Of a DNA stretch of 38,005 nucleotides, positions 20,094 through 31,537 are shown in pieces. The stretch is taken from assembly GCA_977017575.1 (NCBI GenBank), contig CDRNVI010000106.1, positions 1 to 38,005 on the forward strand, given 5' to 3'. Position 1 is the stretch's first letter, and every line of letters begins with the position of its first letter. Both the position numbers and the translations under genes were made by a program. The notes under the pieces were generated by a model that was not told the DNA's origin, made no database searches, and saw nothing but the letters and a program-made list of their open reading frames with translations. This stretch comes from Paramoeba atlantica (Eukaryota > Protista > Discosea).

Positions 20094-21504
20094 TTTTTGC
20101 GATTCTCTTCGTTCACAATCGTGTGGCCGCTTTTGGGCGCGCGCGAGAGACGCAACGTGAATCGCAGAAGCAATGGTACATTTTAGGGTATTTTCTTTGC
20201 TGAAATGAAGTCTTTTTGGCCTGTGTAGCAGATGACGTTTTGGCGGCAGAGACGGTGAATGGGTAGATGGCCGTGCGCGTGTCAAATGTAAAAGCCCGAA
20301 AAGTGTACCGCTTTTTAGCGCATCATATCTTAAAATTCAAAATGACGTCAGATTTACCTCTTTCCGCCTGCACGGTGAAGGGGGGTTTTCAGATATCTCT
20401 GGACGCGACGTTTGCATGACTTCCGTGCATGGCGTGCGTCGATTGCGAAACGCCGAACCAGCAAGCTACACCTCCTGAGTGGTCGTGCTTCGCGCGATAT
20501 TTTCTGTAGAGATAGAGTTTTTCCGTTAGTCAGTATGATTGCGAAACAAAACGTGGGTTTCGCCAGTCCACTTTTTGTCCGTTCTTCCCTGAATCAAATC
20601 TTAAACAATTTTAACCCTTTCTAATTGATGAGCGTTCTGATCGCTCGTGCTTTGCTCTGATATTTGCTTTGGGCACTCTTTTCACATGATTTCACTGATA
20701 CTATAAGACTTCCCCTCTTCTAACGCAAGAATTTGTTGTCATCGGACATTCTTTTAGTCAAATCAATGCTTGATTGCACAAGCTTCCTGCATCTCAAGGG
20801 GGGGGGTTGTATTTCTCTACACCTCTTTCACTTTTCACCTGCTCTTCCAAGCAACAGGGTCACAGGGCGCGCGCGTATTGTAATAGTGTGGTGGAAAAAC
20901 GTCGGTTTCACACGAAACTCGCATCCACCGTGCGACCCCATTCCGTGGAGAACGATCTTTGTTTTCTTCGATCGCACTGATTCCGTTAGATGCACAGAGC
21001 GTGATTTCACGTGAATCGAACAATTCCGCGAGATGTTTTACTTGGGGCAAAGCAGGGCAGCACATGAACAATGAAAACAGGACGCGCAATGGCGCGGAAC
21101 ACCTTCCACGTGACACCTTCCGAAACGCGTTCTGCACAATCCAGGTATAAAACAACGAATTTCTTCGCCCGGCCGTTGCAAAGACCCACCCCTTACCGAT
21201 AGATTTCGTAGCTCTGCTCTAAACGTGAACGCATCGTGCTCAACCTCTCTTCCCGACTATGTCATCGCAAAAATTGTATGTGTCACTTCTGGGCCGTTCG
21301 CATGGGCATGTGTTGGGCACACTCAAACCCCCATTGCATTCATCAATGCGACCTACGGTTGTGAATGTCGCCTTGCTTGGGGGGGGGGGGGGGCTGTAAG
21401 GATCGTTAAGCGAGCGAAATCGGGGAGTTTCCATTATGACATGAATTAGCAAGGTAAAGTGCACCGCTATGGACACACAAAATTCGAGACACACCACGAC
21501 GGAA

Positions 21505-21585
21505 GCGTCCATACCCAAGTGGTTAAGGGGCCTGACTTGAAATCAGGTGTGTTCTCACGCGCAGGTTCGAACCCTGCTGGGCGCG
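21505..21585 (+). tRNA. tRNA-Ser(UGA), copy 9
   Basis: Same sequence as copy 1. Confidence 0.95.
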
Positions 21586-22368
21586 TTTTTGCGATTCTCT
21601 TCGTTCACAATCGTGTGGCCGCTTTTGGGCGCGCGCGAGAGACGCAACGTGAATCGCAGAAGCAATGGTACATTTTAGGGTATTTTCTTTGCTGAAATGA
21701 AGTCTTTTTGGCCTGTGTAGCAGATGACGTTTTGGCGGCAGAGACGGTGAATGGGTAGATGGCCGTGCGCGTGTCAAATGTAAAAGCCCGAAAAGTGTAC
21801 CGCTTTTTAGCGCATCATATCTTAAAATTCAAAATGACGTCAGATTTACCTCTTTCCGCCTGCACGGTGAAGGGGGGTTTTCAGATATCTCTGGACGCGA
21901 CGTTTGCATGACTTCCGTGCATGGCGTGCGTCGATTGCGAAACGCCGAACCAGCAAGCTACACCTCCTGAGTGGTCGTGCTTCGCGCGATATTTTCTGTA
22001 GAGATAGAGTTTTTCCGTTAGTCAGTATGATTGCGAAACAAAACGTGGGTTTCGCCAGTCCACTTTTTGTCCGTTCTTCCCTGAATCAAATCTTAAACAA
22101 TTTTAACCCTTTCTAATTGATGAGCGTTCTGATCGCTCGTGCTTTGCTCTGATATTTGCTTTGGGCACTCTTTTCACATGATTTCACTGATACTATAAGA
22201 CTTCCCCTCTTCTAACGCAAGAATTTGTTGTCATCGGACATTCTTTTAGTCAAATCAATGCTTGATTGCACAAGCTTCCTGCATCTCAAGGGGGGGGGTT
22301 GTATTTCTCTACACCTCTTTCACTTTTCACCTGCTCTTCCAAGCAACAGGGTCACAGGGCGCGCGCGT

Positions 22369-22381
22369 ATTGTAATAGTGT
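22369..22381 (+). repeat. 13-bp target-site duplication, left copy (right copy 23930-23942)
   Basis: Empty: GCGCGT-ATTGTAATAGTGT-GGTGG. Filled: GCGCGT-ATTGTAATAGTGT-CTTG...GGAGG-ATTGTAATAGTGT-GGTGG. The first A could also belong to the tail. Confidence 0.93.
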
Positions 22382-23878
22382 CTTGTTGACTCTTACCGCT
22401 ATCTGGGAAACATTCAGGATTCAGGCGTTTCTTCGCCAGTAAAAGACCGCTTAAGGCTCACCTGGGCCGCATTTCGGAAGCTCAAGGGCATTTGGGACTC
22501 GCCACTGAGTGCATCAACAAAACTGCGTTTGTTTGATTGCCTCGTTTACCCAATCATGACCTTTGGTGCCGCTTCGCTTTCCATATCCAACAAAATGCTT
22601 CGGCAAACAGAAGTTGAGCTCAATATGATGCGAAGATTTTGCTGTAATTGTGCTAAATTGGACGAGTTTGGACACTGCTACCCTATCGAGTCACTTTATT
22701 GCGGCACTCCTCGTTTCTCCACCGTACATCGCGTTAGTCGGGCTAAAATTGTTGGTCACATTCTAAGGCACTCATTCATGTTTCGAGATCTTATCCAGTG
22801 GAAATGCAGCGATAGGAAACGAAATCTCTCACCAAGCGAAGCTTGCTTTCACGATCTGGACATTACCGAAGAACAAGCCCTCGTATACGCTCAGGATCGA
22901 GATCACTGGAAAAAGTTATGTGAAGATTTAAAGGTAGCACTCGAACCGCTTCCGGATTACGAAAGACTCTCTTCTCCTAGATGGAAAAGTAAACATGCCC
23001 ACGCCTTGAAGCAAGATACGCCTTACGATTTGCAATTTGTCGAAGAAAGTTCTGATCCTTTTCCATTAAAAGATGATGAGGTTCACTTCTATATTGATGG
23101 TTCAGTCCGTGCCTTGCGGGTGACAAACGAGATCAGAGCAGGTGCTGGAATTGTTGTGCTTCAACGATGGACAACCGATAAATGTTTTTCCTTAACATTA
23201 GATGTTGATAGTGCCGAGCAAGCTGAGGCTGAATCTTTTCGAGAGGCGCTTAAAAGAATACCGGACGGAGCAAAAGATATCGTAGTACACACAGATTCGT
23301 TCTATGTGTGGAACTTCTTTCATCACGTTCGCATCCGGAGACGGGTAATAGGGTATGACCGCGTCGTCAACAGAAACATTCTACAAGATATAGATCATCA
23401 GGTGCGGAAACTAAAATCTCAGAATGTTAATTTGTATGTGTGCAAAGTTAAATCTCATAATGGGAACGAATATAACGACAAAGCTGATGTCTTGGCTCTT
23501 TCGGCGTCACGAAGGCCGTTAAAATCACAAGAGGCAAAGAGGTTGAAGACGACAAAAGCTCCTTCTTCTTCTTCTTCTGACCCAATATCCTCGCCAGAAG
23601 CGACACTCATATTGCGCCCAAGAAGGAATGTTGACACTATTTCATCCAAACGCAAGAATAACACTACTGCAAGTGGGGCTCTATCCAAAAAGGGTAGCTC
23701 ACTGTCTGGAGAGCCTGGAGTGAAACCGTCTGAAAAAACGAATGCTATGATCCTGAGTAGGCCTGATGTCGGTAAAGAAAAAAGTTGCAAGGGAAATAGG
23801 GAGTCTGATAAGATCGTGGAAACAAAGGGAAAGAAGTCTCCCAAGAGAAAGAAGGCTTCACGAAAATTAGAACAGTAG
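22382..23878 (+). CDS. Retrotransposon ORF remnant, 498 aa, no native start: RT domain 7/thumb, RNase H, basic tail
   Basis: Extends the track ORF 49 codons upstream: LVDSYRYLGNIQDSGVSSPVKDRLRLTWAAFRKLKGIWDSPLSASTKLRLFDCLVYPIMTFG. Later AQDRDHWK. RNase H (~23081-23508) has YIDGS, SAEQAE, VHTDS and KSHNGNEYNDKADVLA. Confidence 0.9.
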   Translation, partial: LVDSYRYLGNIQDSGVSSPVKDRLRLTWAAFRKLKGIWDSPLSASTKLRLFDCLVYPIMTFGAASLSISNKMLRQTEVELNMMRRFCCNCAKLDEFGHCYPIESLYCGTPRFSTVHRVSRAKIVGHILRHSFMFRDLIQWKCSDRKRNLSPSEACFHDLDITEEQALVYAQDRDHWKKLCEDLKVALEPLPDYERLSSPRWKSKHAHALKQDTPYDLQFVEESSDPFPLKDDEVHFYIDGSVRALRVTNEIRAGAGIVVLQRWTTDKCFSLTLDVDSAEQAEAESFREALKRIPDGAKDIVVHTDSFYVWNFFHHVRIRRRVIGYDRVVNRNILQDIDHQVRKLKSQNVNLYVCKVKSHNGNEYNDKADVLALSASRRPLKSQEAKRLKTTKAPSSSSSDPISSPEATLILRPRRNVDTISSKRKNNTTASGALSKKGSSLSGEPGVKPSEKTNAMILSRPDVGKEKSCKGNRESDKIVETKGKKSPKRKKASRKLEQ

Positions 23879-23886
23879 TATCTTTA

Positions 23887-23903
23887 ATCGGTTTTTAACC
23901 GAT
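23887..23903 (+). other. 3'-UTR hairpin of the retroelement
   Basis: Perfect 7-bp inverted repeat ATCGGTT-TTT-AACCGAT just before the TAGGA tail. Confidence 0.7.
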
Positions 23904-24554
23904 CTATTAGGATAGGATAGGATAGGAGGATTGTAATAGTGTGGTGGAAAAACGTCGGTTTCACACGAAACTCGCATCCACCGTGCGACCCCATTCCGTG
24001 GAGAACGATCTTTGTTTTCTTCGATCGCACTGATTCCGTTAGATGCACAGAGCGTGATTTCACGTGAATCGAACAATTCCGCGAGATGTTTTACTTGGGG
24101 CAAAGCAGGGCAGCACATGAACAATGAAAACAGGACGCGCAATGGCGCGGAACACCTTCCACGTGACACCTTCCGAAACGCGTTCTGCACAATCCAGGTA
24201 TAAAACAACGAATTTCTTCGCCCGGCCGTTGCAAAGACCCACCCCTTACCGATAGATTTCGTAGCTCTGCTCTAAACGTGAACGCATCGTGCTCAACCTC
24301 TCTTCCCGACTATGTCATCGCAAAAATTGTATGTGTCACTTCTGGGCCGTTCGCATGGGCATGTGTTGGGCACACTCAAACCCCCATTTCATTCATCAAT
24401 GCGACCTACGGTTGTGAATGTCGCCTTGCTTGGGGGGGGGGGGCTGTAAGGATCGTTAAGCGAGCGAAATCGGGGAGTTTCCATTATGACATGAATTAGC
24501 AAGGTAAAGTGCACCGCTATGGACACACAAAATTCGAGACACACCACGACGGAA

Positions 24555-24635
24555 GCGTCCATACCCAAGTGGTTAAGGGGCCTGACTTGAAATCAGGTGT
24601 GTTCTCACGCGCAGGTTCGAACCCTGCTGGGCGCG
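24555..24635 (+). tRNA. tRNA-Ser(UGA), copy 10
   Basis: Same sequence as copy 1. Confidence 0.95.
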
Positions 24636-25431
24636 TTTTTGCGATTCTCTTCGTTCACAATCGTGTGGCCGCTTTTGGGCGCGCGCGAGAGACGCAACGT
24701 GAATCGCAGAAGCAATGGTACATTTTAGGGTATTTTCTTTGCTGAAATGAAGTCTTTTTGGCCTGTGTAGCAGATGACGTTTTGGCGGCAGAGACGGTGA
24801 ATGGGTAGATGGCCGTGCGCGTGTCAAATGTAAAAGCCCGAAAAGTGTACCGCTTTTTAGCGCATCATATCTTAAAATTCAAAATGACGTCAGATTTACC
24901 TCTTTCCGCCTGCACGGTGAAGGGGGGTTTTCAGATATCTCTGGACGCGACGTTTGCATGACTTCCGTGCATGGCGTGCGTCGATTGCGAAACGCCGAAC
25001 CAGCAAGCTACACCTCCTGAGTGGTCGTGCTTCGCGCGATATTTTCTGTAGAGATAGAGTTTTTCCGTTAGTCAGTATGATTGCGAAACAAAACGTGGGT
25101 TTCGCCAGTCCACTTTTTGTCCGTTCTTCCCTGAATCAAATCTTAAACAATTTTAACCCTTTCTAATTGATGAGCGTTCTGATCGCTCGTGCTTTGCTCT
25201 GATATTTGCTTTGGGCACTCTTTTCACATGATTTCACTGATACTATAAGACTTCCCCTCTTCTAACGCAAGAATTTGTTGTCATCGGACATTCTTTTAGT
25301 CAAATCAATGCTTGATTGCACAAGCTTCCTGCATCTCAAGGGGGGGGGTTGTATTTCTCTACACCTCTTTCACTTTTCACCTGCTCTTCCAAGCAACAGG
25401 GTCACAGGGCGCGCGCGTATTGTAATAGTGT

Positions 25432-26928
25432 CTTGTTGACTCTTACCGCTATCTGGGAAACATTCAGGATTCAGGCGTTTCTTCGCCAGTAAAAGACCGC
25501 TTAAGGCTCACCTGGGCCGCATTTCGGAAGCTCAAGGGCATTTGGGACTCGCCACTGAGTGCATCAACAAAACTGCGTTTGTTTGATTGCCTCGTTTACC
25601 CAATCATGACCTTTGGTGCCGCTTCGCTTTCCATATCCAACAAAATGCTTCGGCAAACAGAAGTTGAGCTCAATATGATGCGAAGATTTTGCTGTAATTG
25701 TGCTAAATTGGACGAGTTTGGACACTGCTACCCTATCGAGTCACTTTATTGCGGCACTCCTCGTTTCTCCACCGTACATCGCGTTAGTCGGGCTAAAATT
25801 GTTGGTCACATTCTAAGGCACTCATTCATGTTTCGAGATCTTATCCAGTGGAAATGCAGCGATAGGAAACGAAATCTCTCACCAAGCGAAGCTTGCTTTC
25901 ACGATCTGGACATTACCGAAGAACAAGCCCTCGTATACGCTCAGGATCGAGATCACTGGAAAAAGTTATGTGAAGATTTAAAGGTAGCACTCGAACCGCT
26001 TCCGGATTACGAAAGACTCTCTTCTCCTAGATGGAAAAGTAAACATGCCCACGCCTTGAAGCAAGATACGCCTTACGATTTGCAATTTGTCGAAGAAAGT
26101 TCTGATCCTTTTCCATTAAAAGATGATGAGGTTCACTTCTATATTGATGGTTCAGTCCGTGCCTTGCGGGTGACAAACGAGATCAGAGCAGGTGCTGGAA
26201 TTGTTGTGCTTCAACGATGGACAACCGATAAATGTTTTTCCTTAACATTAGATGTTGATAGTGCCGAGCAAGCTGAGGCTGAATCTTTTCGAGAGGCGCT
26301 TAAAAGAATACCGGACGGAGCAAAAGATATCGTAGTACACACAGATTCGTTCTATGTGTGGAACTTCTTTCATCACGTTCGCATCCGGAGACGGGTAATA
26401 GGGTATGACCGCGTCGTCAACAGAAACATTCTACAAGATATAGATCATCAGGTGCGGAAACTAAAATCTCAGAATGTTAATTTGTATGTGTGCAAAGTTA
26501 AATCTCATAATGGGAACGAATATAACGACAAAGCTGATGTCTTGGCTCTTTCGGCGTCACGAAGGCCGTTAAAATCACAAGAGGCAAAGAGGTTGAAGAC
26601 GACAAAAGCTCCTTCTTCTTCTTCTTCTGACCCAATATCCTCGCCAGAAGCGACACTCATATTGCGCCCAAGAAGGAATGTTGACACTATTTCATCCAAA
26701 CGCAAGAATAACACTACTGCAAGTGGGGCTCTATCCAAAAAGGGTAGCTCACTGTCTGGAGAGCCTGGAGTGAAACCGTCTGAAAAAACGAATGCTATGA
26801 TCCTGAGTAGGCCTGATGTCGGTAAAGAAAAAAGTTGCAAGGGAAATAGGGAGTCTGATAAGATCGTGGAAACAAAGGGAAAGAAGTCTCCCAAGAGAAA
26901 GAAGGCTTCACGAAAATTAGAACAGTAG
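25432..26928 (+). CDS. RT-thumb/RNase H ORF remnant, copy 2
   Basis: Translation identical to copy 1. Confidence 0.9.
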   Translation, partial: LVDSYRYLGNIQDSGVSSPVKDRLRLTWAAFRKLKGIWDSPLSASTKLRLFDCLVYPIMTFGAASLSISNKMLRQTEVELNMMRRFCCNCAKLDEFGHCYPIESLYCGTPRFSTVHRVSRAKIVGHILRHSFMFRDLIQWKCSDRKRNLSPSEACFHDLDITEEQALVYAQDRDHWKKLCEDLKVALEPLPDYERLSSPRWKSKHAHALKQDTPYDLQFVEESSDPFPLKDDEVHFYIDGSVRALRVTNEIRAGAGIVVLQRWTTDKCFSLTLDVDSAEQAEAESFREALKRIPDGAKDIVVHTDSFYVWNFFHHVRIRRRVIGYDRVVNRNILQDIDHQVRKLKSQNVNLYVCKVKSHNGNEYNDKADVLALSASRRPLKSQEAKRLKTTKAPSSSSSDPISSPEATLILRPRRNVDTISSKRKNNTTASGALSKKGSSLSGEPGVKPSEKTNAMILSRPDVGKEKSCKGNRESDKIVETKGKKSPKRKKASRKLEQ

Positions 26929-26979
26929 TATCTTTAATCGGTTTTTAACCGATCTATTAGGATAGGATAGGATAGGAGG
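25432..26979 (+). mobile_element. Non-LTR retrotransposon, copy 2
   Basis: Same ends, TSD and tail as copy 1. Confidence 0.93.
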
Positions 26980-27606
26980 ATTGTAATAGTGTGGTGGAAA
27001 AACGTCGGTTTCACACGAAACTCGCATCCACCGTGCGACCCCATTCCGTGGAGAACGATCTTTGTTTTCTTCGATCGCACTGATTCCGTTAGATGCACAG
27101 AGCGTGATTTCACGTGAATCGAACAATTCCGCGAGATGTTTTACTTGGGGCAAAGCAGGGCAGCACATGAACAATGAAAACAGGACGCGCAATGGCGCGG
27201 AACACCTTCCACGTGACACCTTCCGAAACGCGTTCTGCACAATCCAGGTATAAAACAACGAATTTCTTCGCCCGGCCGTTGCAAAGACCCACCCCTTACC
27301 GATAGATTTCGTAGCTCTGCTCTAAACGTGAACGCATCGTGCTCAACCTCTCTTCCCGACTATGTCATCGCAAAAATTGTATGTGTCACTTCTGGGCCGT
27401 TCGCATGGGCATGTGTTGGGCACACTCAAACCCCCATTTCATTCATCAATGCGACCTACGGTTGTGAATGTCGCCTTGCTTGGGGGGGGGGGGGGCTGTA
27501 AGGATCGTTAAGCGAGCGAAATCGGGGAGTTTCCATTATGACATGAATTAGCAAGGTAAAGTGCACCGCTATGGACACACAAAATTCGAGACACACCACG
27601 ACGGAA

Positions 27607-27687
27607 GCGTCCATACCCAAGTGGTTAAGGGGCCTGACTTGAAATCAGGTGTGTTCTCACGCGCAGGTTCGAACCCTGCTGGGCGCG
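27607..27687 (+). tRNA. tRNA-Ser(UGA), copy 11
   Basis: Same sequence as copy 1. Confidence 0.95.
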
Positions 27688-28483
27688 TTTTTGCGATTCT
27701 CTTCGTTCACAATCGTGTGGCCGCTTTTGGGCGCGCGCGAGAGACGCAACGTGAATCGCAGAAGCAATGGTACATTTTAGGGTATTTTCTTTGCTGAAAT
27801 GAAGTCTTTTTGGCCTGTGTAGCAGATGACGTTTTGGCGGCAGAGACGGTGAATGGGTAGATGGCCGTGCGCGTGTCAAATGTAAAAGCCCGAAAAGTGT
27901 ACCGCTTTTTAGCGCATCATATCTTAAAATTCAAAATGACGTCAGATTTACCTCTTTCCGCCTGCACGGTGAAGGGGGGTTTTCAGATATCTCTGGACGC
28001 GACGTTTGCATGACTTCCGTGCATGGCGTGCGTCGATTGCGAAACGCCGAACCAGCAAGCTACACCTCCTGAGTGGTCGTGCTTCGCGCGATATTTTCTG
28101 TAGAGATAGAGTTTTTCCGTTAGTCAGTATGATTGCGAAACAAAACGTGGGTTTCGCCAGTCCACTTTTTGTCCGTTCTTCCCTGAATCAAATCTTAAAC
28201 AATTTTAACCCTTTCTAATTGATGAGCGTTCTGATCGCTCGTGCTTTGCTCTGATATTTGCTTTGGGCACTCTTTTCACATGATTTCACTGATACTATAA
28301 GACTTCCCCTCTTCTAACGCAAGAATTTGTTGTCATCGGACATTCTTTTAGTCAAATCAATGCTTGATTGCACAAGCTTCCTGCATCTCAAGGGGGGGGG
28401 TTGTATTTCTCTACACCTCTTTCACTTTTCACCTGCTCTTCCAAGCAACAGGGTCACAGGGCGCGCGCGTATTGTAATAGTGT

Positions 28484-29980
28484 CTTGTTGACTCTTACCG
28501 CTATCTGGGAAACATTCAGGATTCAGGCGTTTCTTCGCCAGTAAAAGACCGCTTAAGGCTCACCTGGGCCGCATTTCGGAAGCTCAAGGGCATTTGGGAC
28601 TCGCCACTGAGTGCATCAACAAAACTGCGTTTGTTTGATTGCCTCGTTTACCCAATCATGACCTTTGGTGCCGCTTCGCTTTCCATATCCAACAAAATGC
28701 TTCGGCAAACAGAAGTTGAGCTCAATATGATGCGAAGATTTTGCTGTAATTGTGCTAAATTGGACGAGTTTGGACACTGCTACCCTATCGAGTCACTTTA
28801 TTGCGGCACTCCTCGTTTCTCCACCGTACATCGCGTTAGTCGGGCTAAAATTGTTGGTCACATTCTAAGGCACTCATTCATGTTTCGAGATCTTATCCAG
28901 TGGAAATGCAGCGATAGGAAACGAAATCTCTCACCAAGCGAAGCTTGCTTTCACGATCTGGACATTACCGAAGAACAAGCCCTCGTATACGCTCAGGATC
29001 GAGATCACTGGAAAAAGTTATGTGAAGATTTAAAGGTAGCACTCGAACCGCTTCCGGATTACGAAAGACTCTCTTCTCCTAGATGGAAAAGTAAACATGC
29101 CCACGCCTTGAAGCAAGATACGCCTTACGATTTGCAATTTGTCGAAGAAAGTTCTGATCCTTTTCCATTAAAAGATGATGAGGTTCACTTCTATATTGAT
29201 GGTTCAGTCCGTGCCTTGCGGGTGACAAACGAGATCAGAGCAGGTGCTGGAATTGTTGTGCTTCAACGATGGACAACCGATAAATGTTTTTCCTTAACAT
29301 TAGATGTTGATAGTGCCGAGCAAGCTGAGGCTGAATCTTTTCGAGAGGCGCTTAAAAGAATACCGGACGGAGCAAAAGATATCGTAGTACACACAGATTC
29401 GTTCTATGTGTGGAACTTCTTTCATCACGTTCGCATCCGGAGACGGGTAATAGGGTATGACCGCGTCGTCAACAGAAACATTCTACAAGATATAGATCAT
29501 CAGGTGCGGAAACTAAAATCTCAGAATGTTAATTTGTATGTGTGCAAAGTTAAATCTCATAATGGGAACGAATATAACGACAAAGCTGATGTCTTGGCTC
29601 TTTCGGCGTCACGAAGGCCGTTAAAATCACAAGAGGCAAAGAGGTTGAAGACGACAAAAGCTCCTTCTTCTTCTTCTTCTGACCCAATATCCTCGCCAGA
29701 AGCGACACTCATATTGCGCCCAAGAAGGAATGTTGACACTATTTCATCCAAACGCAAGAATAACACTACTGCAAGTGGGGCTCTATCCAAAAAGGGTAGC
29801 TCACTGTCTGGAGAGCCTGGAGTGAAACCGTCTGAAAAAACGAATGCTATGATCCTGAGTAGGCCTGATGTCGGTAAAGAAAAAAGTTGCAAGGGAAATA
29901 GGGAGTCTGATAAGATCGTGGAAACAAAGGGAAAGAAGTCTCCCAAGAGAAAGAAGGCTTCACGAAAATTAGAACAGTAG
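28484..29980 (+). CDS. RT-thumb/RNase H ORF remnant, copy 3
   Basis: Translation identical to copy 1. Confidence 0.9.
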   Translation, partial: LVDSYRYLGNIQDSGVSSPVKDRLRLTWAAFRKLKGIWDSPLSASTKLRLFDCLVYPIMTFGAASLSISNKMLRQTEVELNMMRRFCCNCAKLDEFGHCYPIESLYCGTPRFSTVHRVSRAKIVGHILRHSFMFRDLIQWKCSDRKRNLSPSEACFHDLDITEEQALVYAQDRDHWKKLCEDLKVALEPLPDYERLSSPRWKSKHAHALKQDTPYDLQFVEESSDPFPLKDDEVHFYIDGSVRALRVTNEIRAGAGIVVLQRWTTDKCFSLTLDVDSAEQAEAESFREALKRIPDGAKDIVVHTDSFYVWNFFHHVRIRRRVIGYDRVVNRNILQDIDHQVRKLKSQNVNLYVCKVKSHNGNEYNDKADVLALSASRRPLKSQEAKRLKTTKAPSSSSSDPISSPEATLILRPRRNVDTISSKRKNNTTASGALSKKGSSLSGEPGVKPSEKTNAMILSRPDVGKEKSCKGNRESDKIVETKGKKSPKRKKASRKLEQ

Positions 29981-30031
29981 TATCTTTAATCGGTTTTTAA
30001 CCGATCTATTAGGATAGGATAGGATAGGAGG
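28484..30031 (+). mobile_element. Non-LTR retrotransposon, copy 3
   Basis: Same ends, TSD and tail as copy 1. Confidence 0.93.
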
Positions 30032-30660
30032 ATTGTAATAGTGTGGTGGAAAAACGTCGGTTTCACACGAAACTCGCATCCACCGTGCGACCCCATTCCG
30101 TGGAGAACGATCTTTGTTTTCTTCGATCGCACTGATTCCGTTAGATGCACAGAGCGTGATTTCACGTGAATCGAACAATTCCGCGAGATGTTTTACTTGG
30201 GGCAAAGCAGGGCAGCACATGAACAATGAAAACAGGACGCGCAATGGCGCGGAACACCTTCCACGTGACACCTTCCGAAACGCGTTCTGCACAATCCAGG
30301 TATAAAACAACGAATTTCTTCGCCCGGCCGTTGCAAAGACCCACCCCTTACCGATAGATTTCGTAGCTCTGCTCTAAACGTGAACGCATCGTGCTCAACC
30401 TCTCTTCCCGACTATGTCATCGCAAAAATTGTATGTGTCACTTCTGGGCCGTTCGCATGGGCATGTGTTGGGCACACTCAAACCCCCATTTCATTCATCA
30501 ATGCGACCTACGGTTGTGAATGTCGCCTTGCTTGGGGGGGGGGGGGGGGCTGTAAGGATCGTTAAGCGAGCGAAATCGGGGAGTTTCCATTATGACATGA
30601 ATTAGCAAGGTAAAGTGCACCGCTATGGACACACAAAATTCGAGACACACCACGACGGAA

Positions 30661-30741
30661 GCGTCCATACCCAAGTGGTTAAGGGGCCTGACTTGAAATC
30701 AGGTGTGTTCTCACGCGCAGGTTCGAACCCTGCTGGGCGCG
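30661..30741 (+). tRNA. tRNA-Ser(UGA), copy 12
   Basis: Same sequence as copy 1. Confidence 0.95.
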
Positions 30742-31537
30742 TTTTTGCGATTCTCTTCGTTCACAATCGTGTGGCCGCTTTTGGGCGCGCGCGAGAGACG
30801 CAACGTGAATCGCAGAAGCAATGGTACATTTTAGGGTATTTTCTTTGCTGAAATGAAGTCTTTTTGGCCTGTGTAGCAGATGACGTTTTGGCGGCAGAGA
30901 CGGTGAATGGGTAGATGGCCGTGCGCGTGTCAAATGTAAAAGCCCGAAAAGTGTACCGCTTTTTAGCGCATCATATCTTAAAATTCAAAATGACGTCAGA
31001 TTTACCTCTTTCCGCCTGCACGGTGAAGGGGGGTTTTCAGATATCTCTGGACGCGACGTTTGCATGACTTCCGTGCATGGCGTGCGTCGATTGCGAAACG
31101 CCGAACCAGCAAGCTACACCTCCTGAGTGGTCGTGCTTCGCGCGATATTTTCTGTAGAGATAGAGTTTTTCCGTTAGTCAGTATGATTGCGAAACAAAAC
31201 GTGGGTTTCGCCAGTCCACTTTTTGTCCGTTCTTCCCTGAATCAAATCTTAAACAATTTTAACCCTTTCTAATTGATGAGCGTTCTGATCGCTCGTGCTT
31301 TGCTCTGATATTTGCTTTGGGCACTCTTTTCACATGATTTCACTGATACTATAAGACTTCCCCTCTTCTAACGCAAGAATTTGTTGTCATCGGACATTCT
31401 TTTAGTCAAATCAATGCTTGATTGCACAAGATTCCTGCATCTCAAGGGGGGGGGTTGTATTTCTCTACACCTCTTTCACTTTTCACCTGCTCTTCCAAGC
31501 AACAGGGTCACAGGGCGCGCGCGTATTGTAATAGTGT

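Larger units (their letters stand above)
8171..21579 (+). repeat. Tandem array of nine empty tRNA-Ser units (1488-1492 bp)
   Basis: An identical ORF recurs at 8495, 9986, 11477, 12966, 14456, 15944, 17432, 18922, 20412 and 21904. Length differences are explained by a G11-G15 tract and one 2-nt deletion. Confidence 0.98.
22382..23929 (+). mobile_element. 5'-truncated non-LTR retrotransposon (RTE-like RT C-terminus + RNase H), copy 1
   Basis: Absent from empty units. Flanked by direct repeat ATTGTAATAGTGT (22369-22381 and 23930-23942), single-copy at the empty site. Ends in (TAGGA)4-GG; ORF is open from the first base. Confidence 0.93.

Noticed and set aside
23455-23844. 129-aa minus-strand ORF in each element copy
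   Set aside because: Antisense shadow of the low-complexity Ser/Lys tail; no motif.
22382-23929. LTR retrotransposon, IS element, or cellular rnhA gene
   Set aside because: No LTRs, integrase, terminal inverted repeats or transposase. The ORF begins mid-RT at the insertion boundary and has a TSD and a tandem-repeat tail.
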